Positions 1 to 14,129 of a stretch of DNA of 64,000 nucleotides are shown here, piece after piece. The position numbers and the translations under genes were made by a program. The notes beneath the pieces are model-generated. The model was not told the DNA's origin and searched no databases. It saw only the letters and a program-made list of their open reading frames with translations. Positions within the stretch are counted from its first letter, which is position 1, and each line of letters starts with the position of its first letter. This DNA is from Octopus sinensis. Taxonomy: Eukaryota. Location of the stretch: NCBI RefSeq assembly GCF_006345805.1, contig NC_043026.1, positions 682,001 through 746,000 on the forward strand, read 5' to 3'.

Positions 1-110
1 TGTCTATATATATATAGATATATATATATAATATATATATATCTCAGTATCTATGTTTAGGCATATATATATATATCTATATATATATATATATAATATA
101 TATATACGTA

Positions 111-470
111 TAATACAAAAAAAGAAAATGGAGAAATACACCTTAATCAATAATCAACTACCAGATAATACCCCATCACATAATTTATTAACCCTTGATG
201 TTCATATGTATGGTTTAATAAATTATGTGATTGGATATTATCTGGTAGTTGATTATTGATTAAGGTGTATTTCTCCATTTTCTTATTTTGTATTATTAAT
301 TTGTGGTAAAACATTTTACCTTTGCCCATATAATACAATAAATGAATTAATGGCATCGCAATTCTTAACATTTATGTATTAACTTTGTTGGTGCTTTACT
401 AGCATTATATGGATATTTGTTATCCCATGGTGGGTTGCACTCACAACCCTTATCTCATTTGTAATACACA
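111..470. mobile_element. Foldback repeat: ~80-bp inverted arms plus tail (copy at 22185-22545; diverged relative at 23401-23760)
   Basis: Arms at 111-~200 and ~212-295 are near-perfect reverse complements; shared tail ending tatcccatggtgggttg...tatctcatt. Confidence 0.7.
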
Positions 471-837
471 CACACACACACACACACACACCACACACCA
501 CACACCACACATATATATATATATATATAATACAGGACCAGATACTGCAACAGCTTGGGTTTCAGAGGACCACACTCTTTAACATCCTCCCTAAATGCCT
601 GAGAGACTTACATGGTGTGGATGTGGGTTTCTTTTAAACTAATGGATCTCTTCTTGTTGGAGTCCCAGATGAACCTACCTCAACGACAGGAGACGCGGAT
701 GCGGGCAGCAGCATCGAAGAACTCCCTTGTTGATCAAGTGCCACGTATCAGAGGTGGATTCACAATTAGTGTAGCTCATTCAGCGGTGGTGCACCAGCAT
801 GGCCGCGGCCTTCGGGCTAAAACTTTTAATGATTTAA

Positions 838-872
<35 letters not shown>

Positions 873-874
<2 letters not shown>

Positions 875-1262
875 CGCAGGAGTGGCTGTGTAGTAAGTAG
901 CTTGCTAACAACCACATGGTTCTGGGTTCAGTCCCACTGCGTGGCATCTTGGGCAAGTGTCTTCTGCTATAGTCCCGGCCGACCATGCCTTGTGAGTGGA
1001 TTTGGTAGACGGAACTGAAAGAAGCCTGTCGTATAATTCTATATATATATATATATATATGTTTGTGTGTCTGTGTTTGTTCCCCTAGCATTGCTTGACA
1101 ACCGATGCTGGTGTGTTTACGTCCCTCACTTAGCGGTTCGGCAAAAGAGACCGATAGAATAAGTACTGGGCTTACAAAAGAATAAGTCCCGGGGTCGAGT
1201 TGCTCGACTAAAAGGCGGTGCTCCAGCATGGCCGCAGTCAAATGACTGAAACAAGTAAAGGA
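873..1262 (+). mobile_element. SINE family 1 (GGCGCAGGAGTGGCTGTG head, internal TA/TG tract); also 9039-9460, 22978-23372, 41680-42072, 63671-64000 (+), 61570-61980 (-), partial copies at 8025-8280 and 51820-51970
   Basis: Repeated ~390-bp unit with a Pol III-like head (GGTTCAGTCCC) and CCTTGGGCAAGT motif. Confidence 0.85.
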
Positions 1263-1270
1263 GTAAGGAG

Positions 1271-1301
<31 letters not shown>

Positions 1302-1302
<1 letters not shown>

Positions 1303-1816
1303 CTATATATATAAAACTGTAGTTGTGTGAGTGTCTGTCCCCTTCGATTTAGATTCCTAACTACTCCCACATTTTGCGGTGCAGTTTAACCAAATTCGGG
1401 TATCTTATAGTCGTGATTAATATCGAGCCCGTCTGGCTATTAGCGCGCGTCTACGATGAGTCTTCGATTTTAAAAATAATTTAACATAATTTTTTATTCC
1501 ATTTTAATGCATAATTTTTCGTGTGTCGATGGCGGCGGAGTTGGCGTCCATGGTCACACCTGCACCTGTGTTTGCTTCTCCCCCTTCTTCCCTCGCTCGT
1601 GAAGCTGTGGGGAAGGGAGTTTAAGGAAATCAACGTCGTAAAGCGTTGTCAAGGAGACCAGCGTTCTTTTAGAACAACAACTTCATGGCTTGAAGACACC
1701 AAAACAGAAATGGCTAAGAAAGCCCGAATTGGCATCTATAAGAGAAGTAACTCTCTAAAAATGCTTATATAGTTATTTCCCTTACAAACCCGAGCAACGC
1801 CGGGCGATACTGCTAG
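1302..1816 (+). mobile_element. Non-autonomous Helitron-like element (copy ending at 24311)
   Basis: A|TC start; 3' hairpin CCCGAGCAACGCCGGG followed by CTAG|T. Confidence 0.7.
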
Positions 1817-2388
1817 TATTATATATAAATTTTTCCGTACTGTCGGATCTTACTCATAAAGTATTGAAATCTTACATGTATATACCATTTTGCCTAAAAA
1901 AATGGATCTACAAATTCAATATCCCTGCATATCTCACATCTATATTCTTTTCCCCACCTCACTCTCTATTTTGTATCATATCTAAATTAACTATTACTTA
2001 TTTTTCAGTTTATTTGTTCGTGTGAGTGCCGCCATATTGACCTTATGTCAGCGCTGATCTTACTGATGGTTGGGGCTTTATCGAACTTATCGATCTAAGC
2101 CTTTTCTATCACAACAACATGAATTCATTAAAACCTGAAAGCATATCGCGTAAACAATAGTCAACATAAGTTTCAAATTTTAACACAAGGCCAGCAATTT
2201 CATGTGTGGTCGATTTTATCTATCCTCAGTTTTTAGCTGATACCTATTTTATCGACCCGGAAACAAGGAAAGGAAAAGTCGACCGCGTCGGAATTTGAAC
2301 TCAAAGCACAAAGACAGACGAAATATCGCTAAGCATTATGCCCGCCGTGCTCGCAATTTGGCCAGCTCACCACCCGAACAACAATAGT

Positions 2389-2700
2389 CGTGGAGGCGCC
2401 ATGGCCCAATGGAGGGCAGCGGACTCGCGGTCGGAGATCGCGGTTTCGATTCCCAGACCAGGCATTGTCTGTGTTTATTGAGCGAAAACACCTAAAGCTC
2501 CACGAGGCTCCGACAGGGGTGGTGGCGACCCCTGTTGTACTCTTTCGCCACAACTTCCCCTCACTCTTTCTTCCTGTTTCTTGTCCCCGACTTCCTACGC
2601 AACCGCTGAGCCTGGATGCGCATTCATCCATCCGTCGATGCTCTCGGTGTAGGGGGTTGACCTGCTTTCTCTTCTGCGGGTCTTACGAATAGCAAAGGAC
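2389..2700 (+). mobile_element. tRNA-derived SINE (Arg-like head); also 24882-25190 and 55161-55455
   Basis: A-box TGGCCCAATGG, B-box GGTTTCGATTCC, followed by a conserved non-tRNA body. Confidence 0.8.
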
Positions 2701-3165
2701 CACGTTTCGGACTTCTCCAATCTTGCGAGCTCTGGGACGATGACCGTTCGCTCAACAGCAGCAGCAACAGCAACAACAATAGTCAATATAAGAATTAATT
2801 TAACCAACCAGCCTTGTCTGGTGATTGTCAGATAATATGGGCTCGAAATTCTTAGACGTAATATTGAAAGATTGAGATAAATTAATATATCAAATATTAC
2901 TCTAACACATTGAATTTCCTATACTGTTTGCATACTACACACAAACACTATTACAAATCGTTCAACACAGATACTAGCTTTTAAGCGATGAGTTAACGAT
3001 GGCTTAAAACATGAGCAACATGTCCACAAATCCATACTCGTCGCTTCTTTTTAATCTTGTTCATTTCCAGATGACTTGCGGATATATATTTTTACATTAT
3101 TCATAGGAGTTGTGTTTCCCAGCATAAATAAAACATTTAACTGTTGTCTAGAAATAATCTATATA

Positions 3166-3243
<78 letters not shown>

Positions 3244-3315
3244 GTGACCGCGTGTGTACCGTTGGTGATTTTTTTCCCTCTGTCTTCCCTTCTTTGGATC
3301 TTTCCTTCTCCTATG

Positions 3316-3348
3316 TTTCCGACGAAGAGCTCTGCTCGAAACGTTAAA
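3316..3348 (+). ncRNA. Minimal PLE-type hammerhead remnant (duplicate near 25815-25850)
   Basis: TTT-CCGACGA-A-GAGC-TCT-GCTC-GAAA-CGTT-AAA. Confidence 0.4.
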
Positions 3349-3443
3349 TCCTCCTTCTTTCCTTCTTTCCTGAGCGTCCAGTAATACTATATTTGTTCCA
3401 CGTCCTCGCGTTGTTGTGGTTTTTTGTGCTTTCTGGTTTGGAT

Positions 3444-3500
<57 letters not shown>

Positions 3501-4226
3501 AAATAATTATTATTTGAGGGAATAAAATCTAAAACTTACAAGGAAAAAAAATTCAATTTAGAAATACTAAATCAAAAATTTCACACAATATAATTTATAT
3601 ATATAAATTAGAAAAAAAACACCTTTTATCAATTCAAAAGGAACAATTAAATTACACCATCTAGAAAATTACATATAATAGAAATATTTAAATTAAAATA
3701 ACAGTAAAATGTCAATGATTAAGTAAATTGCAAAATATTAATAAAAACATATATAATTTGTATATATATATATATATATATATATACCGGATTAAAAACA
3801 TAAATGTGAAACAAGAATATATATATATATGATTATAATGGTGGTTAATAGAAGTCAATAATTTAAGCGTGGTTCATGTTATAGAAACAGTGATGGCAGT
3901 AATGATTCCATTGTTGTTGCTTGAGTTTTAACAACGGACGACAATTCGCAGCTGCTGTGGTGGTCGATTGCTGTGGCGTAATGTGGTGCTTCGTGGTGGA
4001 TGTTTTGGTCTTGTTTCTTTGGATACCGCGTGTACCAGTCCTTAGAGGGAAGCAGTTGAATAGAACAAAACAACAATGATGGCTGTGTGAAGTGGTAGGG
4101 TTAAGTCTCTGGAGTTGGTGTGCTGTTTAATAAAAGCTTTGGTTGTGACACTTGCAAAGATATCGACTCAGCCTGACGATGAGTATGGATATGTATATAT
4201 ACATATATATATATTATATGCATACG

Positions 4227-4303
<77 letters not shown>

Positions 4304-4565
4304 ATATGTATATGCATACGTATGTAGCACGCCGGGCGAAATGCTTAGCGGTATTTCGTCTGCGTTACGTTGTGAGTTCAAATTCCGCCGAGGTCGACTT
4401 TGCCTTTCATCCTTTCGGGGAGGTGTGTGTGTGTGTGTGGGTGGGGTGGCATTGATCAGTTGAATTGTGAGCATTGGTGGTGGTCGACTTGGGATCGGCC
4501 GATAGCAACAACAACAACAGTTAACACTCAGAATAGCGCTTGGTGTGGATATCCTGCGATCGATA

Positions 4566-4618
4566 TTAGTTCGATTTCATTCGAATGAATATGGCCATGG
4601 AATCAGCTGTTCCATATC
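4566..4618 (-). CDS. Gene A last coding exon ([17 protein letters not shown])
   Basis: actttcag acceptor, phase 1, TAA at 4566-4568; total CDS 891 nt = 296 aa + stop. Confidence 0.88.
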
Positions 4619-4665
4619 CTGAAAGTAACAACATCACCATCATTATCATTGTCGTCATCATCACC

Positions 4666-4699
<34 letters not shown>

Positions 4700-4714
4700 A
4701 CAACAACATCGTCG

Positions 4715-4774
<60 letters not shown>

Positions 4775-5398
4775 CACGTATACACACATACAGACAGAAG
4801 CATACCCCCTCCTCACAACACACACACATATCCTGAACCCAGTTAGCAACATATACTAATATGACAGAGGGGGGGAGAAAGGGAGAGGGAAAGACATTAC
4901 ATTTGTAGTATGAGGGACGAAGTACCATCCACCTTCCTCTCAGGTTCTCTTGCAGCGTGGACTTACATTTGAAAACACCCTAACCGCCTAACCCCTGGCC
5001 AAAACCTAAAGTTAAATTCCCTCTAGAACGTATGTCCACGCACGTCAGTAGAGCCCGACCACCCCGAAGCAAAGAGGTCCTACTTCGCTTTTACCTCATC
5101 CTCCACAACATATAACTAGAAGAGAGAGAGAGAGAGGGAGGGAACGAGACAGACAGACAGATAGATAGACAGAGAAGAAAAGGGCTGAGTGAACGGAAGA
5201 AGCATTAAAACGAGATAAACATTAAAACGCGTCTAATGTGAAATAAATCGGCGTCGAATGAGAGACGCTGAACAGACGGCGCCAAAATGGCCGTAGTTCC
5301 CTACGCCGCATACACAATAGACTCAGCTCAATCTAACTCACTGAAACTTCGAAACAGAAAGCCAAGATAATAAAATAGACAGACGACGAAATACTTAC

Positions 5399-5562
5399 CG
5401 TTATGCCATATGGTTTTCGACTTTGTGTTGGAGTATAAGATTGCAGGGAAATAGCTTAATTTTTCCCAACCACATACATGGAATTTTTCATTAATAGACA
5501 ACCAGCCGGTATCTCCGTGACATGCGTTATGAAAAGCTGACACATAGAATCGGCGGATCTTT
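5399..5562 (-). CDS. Gene A coding exon 4 (164 nt; KIRRFYVSAFHNACHGDTGW...TIWHN)
   Basis: ctctacag acceptor, G|gtaagt donor, phase 2->1; lies inside ORF 5328-5738. Confidence 0.9.
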
Positions 5563-6145
5563 CTGTAGAGAGAAAAATATAAAAGGGCTGGTTTCAGATC
5601 TTTTTGCTGTTTAACCTCCGCAATGTGCATTACTTTATCTGGAAAGGCATTTATTAATGTCAACGAAGTACAAAACTCTAATCTTCTGCTAAGTAAAATT
5701 CCCTGACTTAAATATACATGTTGTAGCGCTCCAGCCATTTCGTGAAGGCCTCATGAGTAACAGTTTTATGATCTTTTTGCAGCTGTGATAAAAATATCAT
5801 ATTGCTCTACCTTCGGTATTCGAATACTATTTTATCCACCTTGTTTCACAATTTATGTGCTTACTTGTGCATGTATGTATGTATGCATGTATGTATGTAT
5901 GTATGTATGTATGTATGTATGTATGTATGTATGTATGTATGCATCTATGTATGTATGTATGTATGTATGTATGTATGTATGTATGTATGTGTATGTATTT
6001 GTGGGGGTTTATGTTTGAATGTGTGCACGTTTGTTCCCCACTATCGCTTGACAACCGGTGTTGCTGTGTTTACGTTCCCGTAACTTGGATGGATGGATGG
6101 ATGGATGGATAGATAGATAGGTAGACAGAAAGACAGACAGATAGG

Positions 6146-6205
<60 letters not shown>

Positions 6206-6260
6206 CAAGTGGGTAGATAGACAGAGAGGTAGATAGCTACATAAATATGTAGATAGACAC

Positions 6261-6337
<77 letters not shown>

Positions 6338-6342
6338 GAGAG

Positions 6343-6393
<51 letters not shown>

Positions 6394-6409
6394 TAGATAG
6401 ATGGATAGC

Positions 6410-6517
<108 letters not shown>

Positions 6518-6522
6518 GAGAG

Positions 6523-6576
<54 letters not shown>

Positions 6577-6856
6577 CGTTTATGCAAACATAATCTTTAA
6601 ATAATAATCTGTATATAAAAATTATTCGTGCAAAGAATATAATGCAAAATTTATTTTCGATTTCGAAAATAAATTCAAAATAACTCGTGACGAATGCTCT
6701 GTATGAGGAATTTCGGAGAGAAGGAAAAGAATTGAGAACATCCATCTTGGACTTAACTTTCATTTTTTCTTTTTCTTAAGCGGTTCTGAAAGGGATTAAA
6801 TTTGAACCCGGAATCTAAAGCCAATTGAGTAATATGAAGTGATAATGATGACCTAC

Positions 6857-7020
6857 CCAACGCCCGTTATTGAGAAATGATTTTGGGGGCTCGTTGCCAG
6901 ATCGTCCCATGGGGAACTTTTCAGGTTTTTAGCAGAGAACCAGTTTTCAAGAGTTGTATTTCGTCCATTAAACACCATTGTTACTACGGCTGTTTCCTTT
7001 TTGTATAACACAAGTTTCAC
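6857..7020 (-). CDS. Gene A coding exon 3 (164 nt; VKLVLYKKE...DLATSPQNHFSITGV)
   Basis: ttttcag acceptor, GG|gtaggt donor, phase 0->2, open frame; not covered by the ORF track. Confidence 0.9.
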
Positions 7021-7125
7021 CTGAAAACAACAACAAAAAAATTTTTACATTGCAAGTTTTACATGCGCATGCCTGTTTGTATGTGTGTGTGCATGTGAAT
7101 GTAGGTACGAGTATGTATGCGTGTA

Positions 7126-7205
<80 letters not shown>

Positions 7206-7517
7206 ATTCAAATAAACAAAACGGATACCTGCATTACCTCTGGATATCTTTGTTGCTTATTTTGATTTTAATCACCTTACTTTGAAATTGCATGGATAAT
7301 ACTATACTGAATTCTGGTGCCTCAACCTAAGTACCATAGCTATTCTTGCTGCAATAGTGACAACATGAAATTCTTCCGTCCTCTTGCTCGGTTAAAGTAT
7401 TTAAGAAAAATTACATTAATATATGTTGTCTGTTAAAAATCAATATTTCTTGCAGCTGAAGATAGCGCTGTATTTAAATTGTTCTAATGACTATATTTTT
7501 CAATTAAATGGAGCTGC

Positions 7518-7985
7518 AGTACGACCTCCAATGCAAGACTACATGAGTCTCTAGTGACCTTTAACGAAAGAGAGTTCTACTGTTACGATCAAGAGACGAA
7601 GAGACAAAGTGTCCAATGAAAATAACTTGTCTCCTTCAGACCCAAGAAGGCCAGGCGAAGCAAGTCCAGTGGGAAGCTCATGATCACCCCCCTTCTACGA
7701 CAGCAGTGGCATCATCTACGTCTACTGGATTCCCTCTGGCCAAGAGATCAAACAAGTACGTTGAGGAGATTTTGAGGGAGCCCACGAAGAGATTTCGTCG
7801 TAAACGTCCGGAGCCCTTCGGTTCCTGCCGGTAGCACCTTCACCAGTACAATGTACCAATGCACAATTCCATCCTGGTAATCAACTATGTTACAGAGAGG
7901 GCATTAAAACTGTCTTTCACCGTCTCTGTAATTTAGAACATGCTCCCTGTGACTTTCGGTAGTTCCCGAAGATGAAACACTGAAG
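7518..7985 (+). mobile_element. Decayed Tc1/mariner transposase fragment
   Basis: Broken-frame remnants YCYDQETKRQS, RPKKARRSKS, EILREPTKRFRRKRP, HQYNVPMHNSILV and APCDF match the mariner catalytic-domain layout. Confidence 0.8.
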
Positions 7986-9203
7986 TAGGACTTAGGGAGC
8001 AGTCGTTTTGAGGATGAAGGAGTGGATTTTGTAGACGGAAACTGAAAGAATCCCGTCGTATATATATAATATATGTATATGTTTGTGTCTGTGTTTGTCC
8101 CGCCAACATCGCTTGACAACCGATGTTGTTGTGTTTACGTCCCCGTCATTTAGCGGCTCGGTATGAAAGACCGATAGAATAAGTACTAAGCTTAAAAAAA
8201 TAAGTCCTGGGGTCGATTTGCTCGACTAAGGGCAGTGCTCCAGCATGGCCGCAGTCAAATGACTGAAACAAATAAAAGACTATAAGAATACACACACACC
8301 CACACACATATATATACACACACATATGTAATATATATAACATTGATCAAAGTGTACAGTTTTATACATACATTACAGACGATCTAACCCATCGGTTTCT
8401 CAATAGGGGTTCAATGGTGTGTTAGGTAAGAGACCGATCTATTATGTAACCCCACACTCTACAAAGATATTTGTTAAACATCGAAATATGGCGACCTTTC
8501 TCGATTGTTGGAGGTGAACAGACACATCTAGCTTGTCGTTGCTTTAAAAAACATGACTGGCTCCTTTCAGTTTCCGTCTACCTTGCTGGAGGTGTTGCCA
8601 AACGACGAGAGATTTGGGGGAAAAACATATGGAAAATATGCGTATGCTTTAGGGCTGATGTTCGTGTAAAAAGGGAATGTTCGTAGTATTAATATACGTG
8701 CAGCCTTTTAGTGTATAGTGTACTCAAAAGTCACATAGGCAACTTAGTTCGTTAGTAAGTTCTGATTTTTACGTTTTATTTACAATCTTATAATGATATA
8801 ATATAAGATAATAGAATGTTAAATGTTCATTCTGATTGAACTAGTACTTTTATGCCTTAAATTCTGCAATCTTCAGGTTCATGTAGTAGTGGTGACAGTC
8901 ATACTTCACAATTTTTGACTGTAGCGAGATGATGAAATCTGTGCCTTAAATACAGCTGTGTGGGCTCCAGATTGCTAGGTTTGCAAACTGTATTCTGACC
9001 AATCAGTGTGTAGTATCACTCAATTATATATATATATAGGCGCAGGAGTGGCTGTGTGGTAAGTAGCTTGTTTACCAACCACATGGTTCCGGGTTCAGTT
9101 CCACTGCTTGGCACATTGGGCAAGTGTCTTCTACTATAGCCTCGGGCTGACCAAAGCCTTGTGAGTGGATTTGGTAGACGGAAACTGAAAGAAGCCCGTC
9201 GCA

Positions 9204-9249
<46 letters not shown>

Positions 9250-9586
9250 TGTGTGTGTTTGTGTGTGTGTGTTTGTCCCCCTAGCATTGCTTGACAACCG
9301 ATAGTGGTGTGTTTATGTCCCCGTTACTTAGCGGTTCGGCAAAAGAGACCGATAGAATAAGTACTGGGCTGACAAAAGAATAAGTCCCGGGGACGAGTTG
9401 CTCGACTAAAGGCAGTGCTCTAGCATGGCCACAGTCAAATGACTGAAACAAGTAAAAGAGTATATATATATACATACACAAACACACACACACACACACA
9501 CACACCACACACACACACACATATATATATAAAACATATATAAACATATAAAAGAAATATTTTATAACCACTGGGCCATTGCGCCT

Positions 9587-9656
<70 letters not shown>

Positions 9657-9765
9657 TATATATATGTATAAATAAAGGGCAAGTTTACGAAAATAAACAA
9701 AAGACGAAGGCAGGTGGAGTACAAACAAACAAATGTATTAGCATAGCGCTCAGGAATAGAAAAAG

Positions 9766-9803
9766 TCTTTTACGTTTCGAGCCTATGCTCTTCGACAGAA
9801 AGA
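9766..9803 (-). ncRNA. Minimal PLE-type hammerhead remnant (core A6 mutated)
   Basis: TCTTT-CTGTCGA-A-GAGC-ATAG-GCTC-GAAA-CGTA-AAAGA; stems I and II intact. Confidence 0.45.
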
Positions 9804-10825
9804 TACACTGGCAAAAACAAGGAGAGAAACAAGGAGAGAAAAAGATGCGTGTAGGAGCTAACTATCTATCATGGCGTCCAATATATTAACAATATATTAT
9901 TATTACAAAGAGATAAGAGATAAAATTATATGTACTAGCAATATTTTTATATTAATTAGTGCTTGATATATCATTGTCTGCTAAATACAGCTTGTTGAAT
10001 TAATCAACTAAAATTTATTCCCACCCAAAATGTGTAGCCCGGAGAGAACACACTGAAACGCTGAATTTAGTAGTTAGACATACAGCGGAAAAAACGCCCG
10101 ACGACATGCCTTCTTAGTTCCATTAGAATTCTGTCTCTAAATTTGGCAATAAGTTATAGTTTCCCCCAGGTATAACCGCCTGATACTTCTTCAGTTTCTG
10201 TAGAAATTTTCCACGTTGATTTTGATCTGTCACGCTTGTCTCCCTTGGGATATTCATCGGACGGTTTGCCTGGTGTTATCAGAAAGAGGTTTTCACGAGA
10301 TGTGTTCTAGCTAATCTTATTTACTGCCCTTAATCTGGGCTCTGATAGTTTTCTGGCTTCGCTCTTCCTTCAAGGTTTGTTTGTAACTCAATCTTGCCAT
10401 ATCACAAAAAGAATGACAAAATAATTCGAGAGCCACCGAGGTCCACATGCATTACTTTGTGCCGAGCTGAATAAGACTTTTACCAGTCATGTATCCTAAG
10501 GAGATTTCATCGATTTTGTCGTTTATTCACTCGTCATTCCCAATAAGGAAAGTCTTTTGTCTATGAAAAGGACGGGTAGCATAGCACCGTAGGCTGCAAA
10601 CAGCAAGCTTGCTACGCATGCAAGATTCTAGGAGTTCCAGCAAAACCTATTATAAAAAGAATTAATAACAATGGTTTCAAATCTTTTCCACAAGGGCAAC
10701 AATTTGGGGGAGGCCATGAATCTCACCGCGGTTTGCCGCAGATAAAATTCTTTACAACACTGCTTTGCCTTCCCAATAAATAATTTTTACAGGTCAAAAA
10801 TGTGACACACATATATATTGCGCCT

Positions 10826-10882
<57 letters not shown>

Positions 10883-10951
10883 TATCAGTATTACTATTAT
10901 TATGGAAATAATAATATGCATTTGTGCGCGTGTATGTGTATGCATACATAC

Positions 10952-11130
10952 CTCCTCAATTAGAAGATAGTTCCAGTAATCCAGGATAGGATGCCGGAAG
11001 AAGCTGGGACAAAAGATACCTCTGCATTCGTCCACATTCCAGGTTGAAGGACTTCCTATATTCATAAATGAATCATATACTTTCGAACCAGCTCCCATTG
11101 ATATGGCATAAGTTTTAATCCATTGGCTAC
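10952..11130 (-). CDS. Gene A coding exon 2 (179 nt; SQWIKTYAISMG...DYWNYLLIEE)
   Basis: tttcag acceptor, GAG|gtatgt donor, phase 1->0; same length as paralog exon 30773-30951. Confidence 0.9.
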
Positions 11131-12169
11131 CTGAAATAATTATAATAATACCAACAACAATAATAATAGTAGTAGTAGTAGTAGTAGTAGTAGTCATGAT
11201 GATATAGGCTTCAAAACTCAATGCCAGTAACATAATTTCGGCAAAGAACTTGCGCACACTTTCAGAGTTGGGTATGGCGTTGGCATCCTGAACTGAAGAG
11301 AGGAGGAGGTATAGGAGATGGACAGGAAAACGAGAAAGCTTCTAAAGATGCATGGAGCCCATCATCCACGTACAGACACTGTTTGTCTGTATGCGAGCTG
11401 AGCAAATGGAAACCTTGCTAGTGTCGGGAATGATGGAGTATTGAATGCAGCGGAAAAAAAGTAAGACAAAGGAACAAATACAAAATGGACATGATAAAGC
11501 ATAATTCAACAGGGGACTACACAATCATTTCCATGTAGCCAGAACAGAAGTTTTTGGAGAACACAGGGCAGCAATTTTGGGGAGGCCATGAATGGATTAC
11601 ATCGAGCCCAGTGTTGAACTGGTACTTAATATATCGACCCCGAGTGGATGAAAGGCAAAGTCGACCTGGGCGGAATTTGAACTCAGAACGAGTCAACAGG
11701 CGAAATACTTATTTCTTTACTACCCATAAGGGGCTAAACACAGAGAGGACAAACAAGGATAGACAAACGGATTAAGTCGAATATATCGACCCCAGTGCGT
11801 AAATGGTACTTATTTTATCGACCCCAAAATGATGAAAGGCAAATTCGACCTCGGTTGAATTTGAACTCAGGGCGTAGCGGCAGATGAAATACCTATTTCT
11901 TTACTACCCACAAGGGGCTAAACACAGGGAGGACAAACAAGGACAGACAAACGGATTAACTCGATTATATCGACCCCAGTGCGTAACTGATACTTATTTA
12001 ATCGACCCCAAAATGATGAAAGGCAAAGTCGACCCCGGCGGAAATTGAACTCAGAACGTAGCGGCAGACGAAATACCGCTAAGAATTTCACCCGGCGTGC
12101 TAACGTTTCCGCCAGTTTGCCGCCTTCCCCTCTGAAAATATTAACAACTTTAAAAGAATTTTTCACCGA

Positions 12170-13070
12170 TCTAGTGAACCAAATCATTGCAGTAAACAGT
12201 AAGTGTGTATGTGTATAAGTATGTATGTAAGTAACTAAGTAGGTTCGTATGTTTGTACCAACATAGTAGGAAACTGTCAGTTTTAACCATGAACCGTGAA
12301 CTTTGGCTTTTACTTACAAGTATACTAGAAGAAAAGAAAACGAGTAGTCCACTTGATAAATGTCAAATAAATGAAGATGTTCACCTGCTAAAAAGAGTGA
12401 TACAACGCACCACCTAACAGGTTCAAATCCAGCAAAATTACAACACTCGCCCCCTGCCTTAAAAACGTTTAGAAACAGTTAAAAATTTAAGAATGCCCAT
12501 GACCGTTCTGGAGGTATTCTTACATGGTGTGAACGCCGAAAAGATCCGAGTTATATCTAGTTTGCAGCATGCTTTGACAGACGACTTTAAATTAGCTGCA
12601 GCCATCGATATAGTACCATTATATGGAGAAGTAGGAAGCCGAAGAGATTTAACCACAGATTTTGAAAGGAAGTTTTCCAAGCTTCCAGTGTCCAAGGGAG
12701 CTTTCAACGAAAAACCATTTATAGATATTTCTATCATCGACGCGTGCAACGCAGAGAGAACAGAAGCAACCGTACCAGTTTGAATTGATGCAGTAACTGA
12801 ATATTTAGACCTGTATACTTTTGAATAATGATCAATCTTCTTGAATTTCCTACATTCAGTATTTCGAGCTGGATATTTAAGACGCTCATGTCTTGATACA
12901 CTTCCACACCCGTAACAGTAGATCCAACGTTTTGATGTATTACTAGCCGCTGCACTAGTTTCCTCTAACCTTTCATTCCCTTCTAGTAAAATTCTAGTGA
13001 ACCAAATTATTGTAGTAAACAGTAAATGTGTATATATTTAAGTATGTACGCAAGCAACTAAGTAACTAAG
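12170..13070 (-). mobile_element. Gypsy-type LTR retrotransposon remnant (aspartic protease)
   Basis: IEISINGFSLKAPLDTGSLENFLS with the DTG motif (ORF 12459-12749); ~70-bp direct repeats at ~12172-12240 and ~12992-13065. Confidence 0.75.
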
Positions 13071-14129
13071 AACTAAACAACAATCTCTACTAATCTCGCG
13101 GTAGCAACAGCGAAGCAAAGTGAAGAAACGATGAAGTCGTCTTCAGGTGCCGAAGAGAGTGGTACGATGATGGAGGAGTGTAAAAAATGTGTTTGTAAAT
13201 CTTTTTTCATACAAAGATGCCTCACCCCCACACCGTTATTTCGAAGGCTGTGGTTTAAAAAGAAAAATAGCAAAATCTCTGAAAAAATTTTCTTCCCAAA
13301 TTTCTTTACAATCGTAATCTGTGCGTTTGGAGGGGATTTGTATAAATTTTCATTAAAACTTACTTATCTTCCTGAAAATTATAAGGGAGAAAAGTAGATC
13401 GTGTGAATTTTCCAACCCCACAGAAAACTTCTTTCTTATAAATCCCGACGCCACAACATTTAAGCGGTATTTGTAGAAAACTTTGTTAAAATGCATTTTT
13501 CTGGATGTCATGAAGCAACAAATTCGGGAGTGTATACATCTGTAGTGATGCCCTTTTATTTATACGATTTTTCCAATTCATGTTTATTTTATTTATTGTT
13601 TACAATACTCACTCTCTCACGCACTCACACACTACAAAGCTGTAAGAAGGGCTGCTGGATTGAAAGCTCTGTGTTGCTTTGAGGGGAAGGTAAAAATTGA
13701 CAAACTGCTTCTCTTCTGTTGTTGGACTACCGTGATGTTTGTTTTACAGACAGAGATTATAACTGATAAAATAATTCCTCTCTCCTTTGCTCGACACACA
13801 CGTCAAATTTATGTATCTTAATTCCCTCCTTAAGAGCGTTGTTGCTTCTGTGGGCCCGTAGGCATGGGTGTTGATAAATAATATTAAAGCAGATAGGTGA
13901 TGGTTTCAAATCTCTTCCAGAGATTTAGATTTATATTTAATTTATTTCTCTTAAATGTGACATACGCGTCAGGTACGTACAAATATATGAATAACAATGA
14001 TAGCTTGTATTAATGAGAAAAAAAGGAGAATTAACGTTATCAACACCTGTAACCGTAGTCCACCTATCTCTGGTGCTTTTCGTTTTCTGCGTGATACCTG
14101 AGGGTACTAACTAAAGGAAAACTCCCAAA

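Noticed and set aside
1521-1772. Identical 83-aa ORF repeated at 24016-24267
   Set aside because: It lies in a Helitron-like element inside the recent duplication, so identity does not imply selection.
2389-2465. tRNA-Arg gene (also at 24882 and 55161)
   Set aside because: The cloverleaf is imperfect and always continues into the same SINE body.
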